A stretch of 30,948 bases of DNA from an uncultured Nitrososphaeraceae archaeon (lineage in GTDB: Archaea > Thermoproteota > Nitrososphaeria > Nitrososphaerales > Nitrososphaeraceae): NCBI GenBank assembly GCA_963837175.1, contig CAWIMJ010000055.1:1-30948 (forward strand), written 5' to 3'. The notes below the pieces were generated by a model, which did no database searches, was not told the origin of the DNA, and saw only the letters and a list, made by a program, of their open reading frames with translations. This document shows, in pieces, positions 9,445-18,225 of the stretch; the first letter of the stretch is position 1, and the number at the start of each line of letters is the position of its first letter. Both the position numbers and the translations under genes were made by a program.

Positions 9445-10206
9445 TTATATCGAACTCCTATTAGCTTCATCCTCATCATCGTCTTTTTTTATTTCTTCTT
9501 GTGCTCCTTCAACATATACTTTTTCACTTCTCACTTGCTGGCTGATTTTCTTTGTCTCTGTTATAGATTTCTTTTTAACTATAATTTCTTCTTTAAGATA
9601 GGGATGTTTAGAAACTTCTGGTACTTCAAATCTTAGAAAAAGCGTGGCAACCTCTTGTTCTTCTTCTGCTGTTGGAATGTCTGTTTGAACTGATGATGTC
9701 TCTGTTTGATATTCTTTTGCTGTAGAGGCTTGTTCTTCCTCGCTTATCGGTCTTGTTTCAATGTATAGTTCATCATGCACAAGTGGAACTTCAGTTATCT
9801 TTGTCTCTGTTATAGATTCTTTTATTATTTTTGCTTCTTGTGTATATGTATTTTTAGATACGTCTAATCTTTCAGCCATTACTGGAATAATGACTAGGTC
9901 ATCAGCAATTGTAGCATCTTTTCCCATGAATTGTGATTGTGAAAATACTGGCGGTGAATCCCTCAAAAATTTATTCTTTGCTTCTTCTGCAGTTATATTG
10001 AATATCAGAGTATTATTGTCATAGCCAATTGCTAAATCGCATGGAAGGTATAATTTTTCTTTGTTTAATACTCCTTTTTCTACTAAAACATAATCTTGAG
10101 TAACTTTTCTTACTTCTCCCAAGATTTCATCATTAATTCCTCTTGCTTTTTTCTTTAGAACTTCATTCCAATCAATACGACTGTTATAAGAACTTCCTTC
10201 AAACAT
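9445..10206 (-). CDS. YsnF/AvaK (DUF2382) domain protein with N-terminal PRC-barrel-like domain
   Basis: Paralogue of 7183-7851 (IDWNEVLKKKARGINDEILGEV; IPVMAERLDVSK; KHPYLKEEIIVKKKSITETKKISQQVRSE). Confidence 0.9.
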   Translation of the reverse strand: MFEGSSYNSRIDWNEVLKKKARGINDEILGEVRKVTQDYVLVEKGVLNKEKLYLPCDLAIGYDNNTLIFNITAEEAKNKFLRDSPPVFSQSQFMGKDATIADDLVIIPVMAERLDVSKNTYTQEAKIIKESITETKITEVPLVHDELYIETRPISEEEQASTAKEYQTETSSVQTDIPTAEEEQEVATLFLRFEVPEVSKHPYLKEEIIVKKKSITETKKISQQVRSEKVYVEGAQEEIKKDDDEDEANRSSI

Positions 10207-10220
10207 CCAATAATGTAATA

Positions 10221-10252
10221 CGTAATATTAAATTTAATAGTTGGTAAATTTT
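10221..10252 (-). promoter_or_regulatory. Archaeal TATA/BRE promoter of YsnF paralogue 3
   Basis: Minus strand AAAATTTACCAACTATTAAATTTAATATTACG. TATTAAAT lies about 26 nt before the ATG. Confidence 0.55.
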
Positions 10253-10451
10253 ATATTGTAAGTGTAGTATTCGTGACTGTTGAAAAACCATAGGATTTAA
10301 TTCCTGTAAACATATTTCCATACTACAAATGGAGCATATAGGATTGTGTATATCTTAAAGCCGATATATGAGAACCTTCCCAACAAACCATAGTTGATTT
10401 ATTTTTAATAATGAATGAATATTAATCATCACTCTATATTTTCTTCAAATA

Positions 10452-11469
10452 ATGATCAATAACAACATAGGTGTAAATTTTCAGGGATTTGAGTCTTCTG
10501 CTTATCAAAACAGAAGAACTCCTACTCCTCCTCAGGATTATATAGAAGATTCATTCCAAATATTCTCTAAAAATAGTATTTTTATGCTGAGAATTCCTTA
10601 TTCATGGGAATCATGGGAATATGATAAAAGTAATTTTTACGAAGATCTTGAAAAGATAAGCAAAGTAGCTGATGCATATAATATTTCCTGTATATATGAC
10701 AATCATCAATGGGAATGTTCTTCATGGCTAGGATGGGGGATTGGAATGCCCAATAGCTTGTTATCTGCAAATTACCAGAAAAATACTGGAAGCCGACCAA
10801 ACAGGAATGTGATAAAGTATTTTTGGAAGAAATGGTGGGATCGTAAGATTATAAGTAGGGATAATGTCGATGGATGGGAAGCTCAAATTAGTTTCGTAAA
10901 GGAAATTGTTGCTTATTTAAATAATAAGAAATCTACGTGTGGTTTCGAGATATTAAACGAACCACCAGTATACAATATTCTTGATTATAACAAGATTGGA
11001 CATTATCATAATTATGCTATCCAAGAGTTAAGAAAATGCACTGATAAGCTTTTATTTTTCAATGCTCGCTGTTTCACACTTCCCTTTCGATAATCCCGTA
11101 TCACAATCACAAGTGGCTCCAACTAGTAGGGGCGGTACTGTCTATGACATTCATATTTATCCTCCATCATCCTACAATATGCAATTTTTCAGACTTGTAT
11201 GTTCTCTTTTACAAAATGTTCAGATCTATATTGGAGAGTTCAATTCTGGATATAAATATGGAGAAAATCTTTCTAAAAATAAATTAATGAAATACTTAAA
11301 AATGTTTCATAAATCTAAAATATTTGGGTGGGCATTATGGAGGTGGTATTATACTGAAGATAGAAATATACCTGCTTTTAATTTAACAAATATGGGCAAT
11401 GGAAAGATTAGTCCGAATGTTAATTTTTTTAATCTCGTTGAGGCAGTGAGAGCAATATATCTGCAGTAA
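10452..11469 (+). pseudogene. Glycoside hydrolase family 5 (cellulase-like TIM barrel), split by a single frameshift
   Basis: LRIPYSWE, IYDNHQW and acid/base motif FEILNEP in ORF 10452-11093. YDIHIY, nucleophile motif YIGEF and GWALWRW in ORF 11062-11469. One extra base near 11067 joins them. Confidence 0.85.
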
Positions 11470-11629
11470 AATAACTCGAAAAAACTACTATTGTAGGCAT
11501 GTTATTATTGTATGAGTATAGCAATTTATGAGTATCTAAGGGAAAAAAGTATAGTTGTAGAAAAGTCAAGCGGAAAAATGAAAAATGTTGATTAATACAA
11601 AGTTCCTATTATAATGTAGTGGCTTTCAT

Positions 11630-12520
11630 TTGAAATTTTACATTGGTTGTTCTGGGTGGAGTTATTCTGCTTGGAAAGGACCATTTTATCCTCCTAACCT
11701 TGAGAATTCAGACTGGTTAAGATATTATTCTAATGTATTTGATTATGTGGAAATAGATTCTTCATTCTATAGAATTCCCAATCAGTTTATGATTAAAAAC
11801 TGGTTCAAAAAAACACCAGATAACTTTAGGTTCACAGCCAAATTCCCTAAAATAATAACACACGACAAGCACCTAGTAGACGTAGAGGAACAAATACAAT
11901 TATTTCTTAGAAATATGGAACCCCTACATGACAAGACTCTTGCTCTCCTCATTCAACTACCTCCTTCAATGCAAATAACGACTGGATTAGAAGGGCTAAG
12001 ACAACTTGTTCCCCTTCTCGACGAGAGATTCAGATATGCAATAGAAGTAAGACACCAAAGTTGGTTCCAGGATTTAGCATATAATTTCTTTGCTAACAAT
12101 AATCTATGCATGGTATGGAGTCAGCTTGCCGGTATACGTACCCCTCCAATTGTAACAACAGATTTTCTGTATGTTAGATTGATAGGAGATAGAAGTATAG
12201 AAGAAAGCAACTTTGGCAAGATTCAGAAAGATAGAGTTTTAGAAATGAACAAATGGGCTGGTCGAATAAAAAGAGTTAAACAAGACAGGGGTCGTAGTAG
12301 TAGTGAAAAAGAAATTAGTCTTGCAATAGTAGCCGCAAATAATCACTATGCTGGGTTTGGACCTGGAACTGCTAATATGTTCAGAAAAATAGTTGGTTTG
12401 TCTGAAGTTTCCTGGGAAGATAAAATGTCAAGACAACAAATTGATGCTGGTGATTCTCCTCTAACTTCCAAAAATCAAGTCAACAAAGAACAAAGCAGGA
12501 TCACAGAATTTATAGAATAA
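11630..12520 (+). CDS. DUF72 (YecE-like) protein
   Basis: IGCSGWSY..W.G.FYP, VEIDSSFYR, KFPKIITH, LIQLPPS, AIEVRH, YVRLIG and NNHYAG. Confidence 0.95.
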   Translation: MKFYIGCSGWSYSAWKGPFYPPNLENSDWLRYYSNVFDYVEIDSSFYRIPNQFMIKNWFKKTPDNFRFTAKFPKIITHDKHLVDVEEQIQLFLRNMEPLHDKTLALLIQLPPSMQITTGLEGLRQLVPLLDERFRYAIEVRHQSWFQDLAYNFFANNNLCMVWSQLAGIRTPPIVTTDFLYVRLIGDRSIEESNFGKIQKDRVLEMNKWAGRIKRVKQDRGRSSSEKEISLAIVAANNHYAGFGPGTANMFRKIVGLSEVSWEDKMSRQQIDAGDSPLTSKNQVNKEQSRITEFIE

Positions 12521-12572
12521 ATTAGTATTAAACTAATGTGGAACATTTTTGACATAGCATATGATATGGATA

Positions 12573-12945
12573 TCTAACCATCCTTTTAATTCCGCTGCTT
12601 TTGAGTATCTTTGGATAAGTTGCTAGACCAGATCTAGCATGATTATTGATATTAGTTGTCTGCCATAAATCACGCATAATCTATAAGTCTTTGATAATTT
12701 GCTCACCATACTCTTTTCTAAAATCTATTCTATTCTTTTAGCGCGTCTTAAAGCTTCTCGAGTGATAAAAGTATAATATTCTTCATGATCTCGTGGATAA
12801 ATTATTAATTTAACAGCAATTACTTCTAAGGCCATTGGATATAAGCTACATGTCTCCATTGCAAGCAGTCCCAAGCACCTATTCTAATTCCCCAACAAGC
12901 CATAGTGTAGACTATTGATTTTATATGCCTATCTGGATATTCAAC
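12573..12945 (-). pseudogene. Tyrosine recombinase/integrase remnant (internal fragment)
   Basis: Reads VEYPDRHIKSIVYTMACWGIRIGAWDCLQWRHV...EVIAVKLIIYPRDHEEYYTFIT.EA...DFRKEYGEQI...MRDLWQTTNI....GLATYPKILKSSGIKRMV across stops and shifts. GxR box-I motif is present. Not in the ORF track. Confidence 0.75.
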
Positions 12946-13265
12946 TATATTGACTAACAAAAGTTAGTTATATTGTTTATCTTTTTATGTACTCAATATT
13001 TAGATTGGTAATATTTATTATTTTTAGTAGTAGTAGTAATTGATTTCACGTAAACAACTAAATTCTGCTTACAGAAAAGAAACAGATGCTGTTGTAAAAG
13101 AAAGAATATTACTTGTAAAATATGTTAGATATGATAAGAAGAAGGAAGCATCAAGTGTAGCAGAAATTGAACTAAATAAAACTAGGACATAGGCTTACAA
13201 ATGGTTGCATAGATGTGATAGATAGAGATGGACTAGAAGAAGGATTGAAAGACAAGGAAAGAAGT
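12946..13265 (+). mobile_element. IS630-family remnant: left end plus N-terminal HTH of the transposase
   Basis: Left end TATATTGACTAACAAAAGTT. From 13040 it reads LISRKQLNSAYRKETDAVVKERILLVKYVR...ASSVAEIELNKTRT*AYKWLHR-(frameshift)-DRDGLEEGLKDKERS, like the IS630 'W..R....G..GL.D..RSGRP' motif. Confidence 0.75.
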
Positions 13266-13508
13266 GTACTTTTCTAAAAGAAAAGGAACAATTGGACGTC
13301 CTTTGGTTTTAGGCATCTTTTTAGCAGCAGGGAGTATATGTATGTTCTTTATCTCATTCCATAGTTTATCTGAAATATGTCTTATTGTTCTAAGATTTTC
13401 TTTCTTCTTGTAGTAATCCCAAATCACATGTACTAACAAAAAAGCATCAAGCTATATTCTTATCTGCAATTACTTCTATTGTGGTGCATTTATTTTTGAG
13501 ATAGGTTC
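13266..13508 (-). mobile_element. IS5-family left-end fragment
   Basis: Minus-strand terminal repeat GAACCTATCTCAAAAA. Encodes TIRHISDKLWNEIK..ILP..K.PKTKGRPIVPF, homologous to the 5' part of 14063-14976. Confidence 0.8.
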
Positions 13509-13800
13509 TTAGTAGCTTTGATTAAAGGATATCGCTAACGCCTGAACCACAATGCAAAAATTAGAACAATAGCAGCAGCACAAGATATAGATATTGCTTT
13601 ACCATTGTCAAGCTGATTAGAGCGATAAAGAAGGCGTTAAACATATAGACTATAAGCAACAAGGTAAACCATACTGTTATACAGTCGAGGACTTCTTTTA
13701 GAAGCATCTATTACAATCTGATAAGTTATCAAGACATATAGATATCCAACTTTATTCCATGAAAACATATTAAATCATAACAATTAGTCATTCAAACATT

Positions 13801-13860
13801 TTTACCCCGCTCGGGGTATGAGTTTGACCCCATGTGGGTATGAGTTTTATCCCACTCTCC
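13801..13860. repeat. Two (plus a decayed third) 22-bp tandem units, each internally palindromic
   Basis: tttaccccgctcggggtatgag / tttgaccccatgtgggtatgag / ttttatcccactctcc. Confidence 0.6.
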
Positions 13861-14062
13861 ATGCAATTTTCCACACATATAGCGAGATATGGAAAGCTGG
13901 TATTACCTATCTTATACCTAATTTATCTGAGTTTTAAACTTTTAATATCTTTTACTGATTTACAAACAACTCGTCATATACTGATAAACCAAGTTCCTCA
14001 GATACCCAACATATCATCTGTTAATACAATCACAAATGTCTAAATTCATGTAAGCTAACTGA

Positions 14063-14976
14063 GAGCCTATCCCAAAAATAGATAGAGATATAGCTTGAAG
14101 ATAATAATCTGCTTATACATGTGACATATAGGAAAAAGAAACATCTTCCCACCATTAGAAAGATTCCAGATGATTTATGGGATGAGATCAAGACTAATAC
14201 TTCCATCAGAAAAACTAGATAAAACTGTAGGACGTCCAGTTGTTCCTTTTCTTTTAGAAAAGTATTTGACGGTATATTCTTTACGTCTTAAGAACGGGAT
14301 GTCAGTGGAAAATGCTTCCTAAGAAGGAGTATGGTTCTGGCTCTACTACGTATCATCATAGACGATTTCTTAAGGAATGGACACAGTGTCTAAAGTATTT
14401 GAAAAATTATGGATTAGATTATTACAAGTTTATAATGATCTCAGAGGTATTTGATGGAGATGGTTATCGCTTGATAGTGTTTCTATCAAAGCTCCTTTAG
14501 TATGGGCGACTTGACTGGTCCAAATCCAACTGATAGATAGAGGAAAAAGAGGAACAAAACGTCATGTGTGTTGACAGAAAAGAAAGGTGTTCGATTATCT
14601 CTCTTGTTATCACTGCTGCAAATACACATGATATGAAGGCTGCTGTAACAGATACGCTTGATAGTGCGATAGTTGAAAGACTGTTAAAGAAACAGAATCT
14701 GTGTCTTGACAAAGGATGCGACTTTCCAGAAATAGAAAGAGAATCTACCAAAAGAAGATACATACCGCACATATTCTTCACAGAGGTGAAGAAAAAGAAT
14801 TGATAAAGATAGATATCCAACAAGGAGGTGGGTTGTAGAAAGAATCAATTCATGGCATAATAACAGGTTCAGAAAGTTATTAGTAAGATACGAAAAGAAA
14901 TGAGATAACTATCTTGCACTGGTTTGTTTAGCCTGCTGTATTATTGTCTATAGGAGGATAATTTTGGGATAGGCGC
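14063..14976 (+). mobile_element. Full-length but inactivated IS5-family insertion sequence
   Basis: Terminal repeats GAGCCTATCCCAAAA / TTTTGGGATAGGCGC with flanks TGA/TTA. Transposase motifs IPDDLWDEI, GRP, YVLRTGCQWKMLP, YGSGST, ANTHDMK, LCLDKG, RWVVERINSW, RFRKLLVRYEK are broken by several shifts and stops. Confidence 0.92.
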
Positions 14977-15249
14977 TTAGCCACTTTATTTTGAGTATGG
15001 GTGCTATTTTACTTGTGGTTATCGCCCAAAGAGGTTATTCTTGGTTGATACTTATAACATAAAAAATATATCTGCAGTAATAGTGGGGTAGCAAATTGAG
15101 GAATGCATGGCCAAAAAAATATATGCAAAACAAAGAAGAAGATTAAGATATGTCTAGGCCTTTGGTATGCGTATATATCTGTCCGGCTATCTTTTTTCGA
15201 TATAACCTTGAGGTTCAATCGTTAAGATATACTAATATATTTGATTCCG

Positions 15250-15505
15250 ATGATTCTGCATTTGGACGCTCAGGGGTATCTTTGCTATAATTTGATGCAT
15301 TTATTGCAGCTCTTTAAAATAGCGCGTTGATATAGATATAGTATGTATGCTGGTGTAGTAGAGGCATGTTTTCTACTCCATGTATAGTGGGAATTCTACG
15401 TTCATCAAATTGGAATTCAGACCATCCTCCTACCACACGAACTCATTGCTGTTGTGGAGTACGACGTCCTTGATCTCTAACTCTTCTTAATGTTTGTGAA
15501 AGGGA
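15250..15505 (-). pseudogene. Amidohydrolase-3 (YtcJ-like) internal fragment
   Basis: SLSQTLRRVRDQGRRTPQQQ*VRVVGGWSEFQFDERRIPT...TPAYILYLYQRAIL..AAINASNYSKDTPERP. Matches the remembered family pattern RTPxxQWVRVVGGWSEFQFxERRxPT. Not in the ORF track. Confidence 0.7.
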
Positions 15506-15679
15506 TCTGTTTTAGTATTAGTTTAACCGCAGGAGACTCAATAAGAACGAAGGAAACGAGATTGATTTAGTTGATTTTACGGCTTTCCCGTGGTCTCGAT
15601 GAATTCTATGAGACAATGATTTCAGCTCCAAAAATATTGGGGGATATATCGTATATAGACGTGCCATTTTTGAGACTAT

Positions 15680-16063
15680 TCACTTGGCACTTTTATCGGT
15701 CTCCCAAATACCTAAAGTGTTATTCTCAGTGTCAAGACAAATCGCTAAATATCCCATTCCTGGTACTGCCATTTTAGGGACGACTACTTTCCCTCCGATC
15801 TTCTGCACCTTCGACGAGTATTCGTCTACCGATTTTACATCTATGTAATTGGTAATCTGATGTTCTGGATGCATTCTTTTCATCATCCCACCACCTAATG
15901 CTTTATTCCCTTTCTCATCTGTTGTAGTTACCATCCAGTATTCCATATCCCGACTGACTGGTCCAGGCCATCTTTCAATTTTCCATCCAAAGAGATCACT
16001 ATAAAATTTCTTTGACCTTTCAATGTCATCTGCAGGTATTTCAAAATGCACTATTGTTGGCAT
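15680..16063 (-). CDS. VOC/glyoxalase family protein
   Basis: IVHFEIPADDIERSKKFYSDLFGW, GGGMMKR, GGKVVVPKMAVPGMG and DTENNTLGIWE. Confidence 0.95.
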   Translation of the reverse strand: MPTIVHFEIPADDIERSKKFYSDLFGWKIERWPGPVSRDMEYWMVTTTDEKGNKALGGGMMKRMHPEHQITNYIDVKSVDEYSSKVQKIGGKVVVPKMAVPGMGYLAICLDTENNTLGIWETDKSAK

Positions 16064-16070
16064 CTTATCT

Positions 16071-16476
16071 TTACCTCGAGGCGGATGAACTCACCCATGA
16101 TGGGATTGGATCCCGGCGTGATAAGATCCATAAACTGTTTGTAAATTGTTTCATATGTTCATCATTTCCACACTCTGCCATGTATTCATCTCGGTGCTTG
16201 CTGTCTCTGTAAAAGATTTGCTTCAGCCAAATCTCCTCATCTTGGTTGTCCGAGATAGTTTTGGCTATATTGGTCCAGTCTATCATGTTCTCAGGTACTG
16301 CTGAGCTGAAAGTACTCCCCTCGCAGAGCGCCGTGCTTACTAATTATGTCATTAGCTTGCTTTGCAATCTGCATCATCGCGTCATGGTTCTTTTTTGGTA
16401 CTCGGCAGATGAACTGCTGGAGAATATTTCCAATCTCTTCCTCTTCCTCTATTTTCGTTACGTTTGATTTACTCAT
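16071..16476 (-). pseudogene. DUF1428-like protein with two frameshifts
   Basis: RVPKKNHDAM...KHGAL (ORF 16291-16476) joins ENMIDWTNIAKTI...FYRDSKHRDEYM (ORF 16071-16286). A second shift near 16143 restores YKQFMDLITPGSNPIMGEFIRLEV. Confidence 0.75.
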
Positions 16477-17113
16477 AGGCTACACTATAACAAGTAGTTT
16501 AAAAAAATGTAAGGGAAAAATAGTATATTAGTAGTTGCAATCGCATTATATCAAAGGTCAATAAGAAGAAGCAGGAATCAGCTAGTTAGTAGCTAGAGTG
16601 CAAATGAAGTATTTTATGGTAAAGATACCAAAGGAAACCCTGTGCCGCTTATTGAGAATATTGCAAATTTTAGATAAGATGCTGAACACATCTGGGTTAG
16701 TCATGCTAAAATATGCATGAAATTAGAAGTTAAGTATCTGAGTAGATTAATAACAAAGCTTGAAGACTATAATACCTTTGGCGCCTGGACTGAAATATCA
16801 GAGGAGAGATAATTTTGCAGGCGTTCACAATACCAAGAATACTAAATCTATCTGTTTGTTCTAAATAAATACTCACAAGTTTAGATGAATATTTGTATTA
16901 TTAAACAATGTATTAGAATTGGAAGACGAACAAACTCCTTTTTTTATTGAATAGAAGAAAACAAGGTTTCATGGCCTTCAAATGGAACATCAATTTAACT
17001 GATGATCTCGTTAAAACAAGATTCATTGATTTCTTGCTCCTATATTATGAGGTTGTGACTTTTTGGGATTTTTATATCCTTTCTCTCAAATCCACTACTT
17101 GATTAGTCAGAGC

Positions 17114-17650
17114 TTATTCCACTTTGTCTTGTCCTTGTTGCTGCTTCTGCGGTGCCCAATTTAACCAAGGCTTCCAAAATATATTATACCAATCTTCAGT
17201 CATTTTTGGTGCAGATTTAAGAAATTCTCCATAAGCATTAAACCAATAGGTCATCAAGCTTTGCCAAATTGCTGTGCCTGCAACAAACGGATTGACATTG
17301 TTGAAATTTTTATTATCTTTTTTCGTTGTCATATAATAAGAAGGTGCAGAACGTGGCTGTGCTTTAATTGTTTCTTCTTCTTCTTTAGGTTTATCAACAA
17401 TAGCCTCTTCTTGATTTCTCTTACTTGTAGGCTTAGATGCTGTTGTTATTGTTGTGGCAGCAGCTTCTACTTCTTCTTTTGCCGCTGCTGTTTTTGCTAA
17501 TACTTCTGCATTCCTACAATCGGTATGAACTTTTTCTTCGGTAATATACGCACATGAGGTACAGGCAAAAATTAAAGGTTCTTGACAAAGTTGACAATAG
17601 GAAGATACTTTGAGATCTGAACCACATTTGATACAAAGCGTTTGAGCCAT
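17114..17650 (-). CDS. Hypothetical protein with N-terminal Cys-rich zinc-binding domain and Trp-rich C-terminal motif
   Basis: CIKC..CQLC..CTSC..HTDC, an Ala/Thr/Glu linker, then WQSLMTYWFNAYGEF...WYNIFWKPW. TATA-like GATATAT about 26 nt upstream. Confidence 0.8.
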   Translation of the reverse strand: MAQTLCIKCGSDLKVSSYCQLCQEPLIFACTSCAYITEEKVHTDCRNAEVLAKTAAAKEEVEAAATTITTASKPTSKRNQEEAIVDKPKEEEETIKAQPRSAPSYYMTTKKDNKNFNNVNPFVAGTAIWQSLMTYWFNAYGEFLKSAPKMTEDWYNIFWKPWLNWAPQKQQQGQDKVE

Positions 17651-18225
17651 GTCGTCTATATGTTATCGCCGTGCAATATATCTATTCTTGAAGCAGAAAG
17701 CCATCTTATACTTGAAGTATTTTGCGCGCCATGTTTAGGTGATTATTTCTTAATCACATCTTGCACATGTTAATATGATTAAGAATGGCCAAGACGTAAA
17801 ACCAAGTTAAAATCTGTCTCCACTCTCCACCGGCTCTATATCATGCCAGTAGGAGAAAAAGCTAAATAAACAAACCACTGGGACCGTATACATTATGGGA
17901 ACTAATCCCAGCGAAGCCGTTAAAATTTTCAGGCTTACGACAATCTACTTAGGATATGATATTGACTATTTAGCAAGATAAAGAGAACTAATAATTAGTT
18001 CAGTTGTTTTATGTTCTTTTGGATATTTCCAAATTGTAATTCTAGTAACATCTTTCGCACCGAACCCGCAACTATACGCGTTTATCAAGGGGGATTATTG
18101 TTGATGTTGCTTGCTTGCTTTATCTCTAAAGTAACTTAACTGATACTGACAGTAAGAATTTCTGACTGATGTATATTCTGCTAGACTTGCAGCAATGATA
18201 AATCCTAGGAATCTTATAACTCACT

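Noticed and set aside
13801-13860. Possible CRISPR array
   Set aside because: Units are contiguous with no spacers, and there are no cas genes in the window
16590-16812. Coding-like stretch (ANEVFYGKDTKGNPVPLIENIANFR*DAEHIWVSH...)
   Set aside because: Interrupted and not assignable to any family I recognise
2870-18067. Shared 9-mer CACCGAACC near 2870 and 18058
   Set aside because: Too short to separate from chance without a genome-wide count
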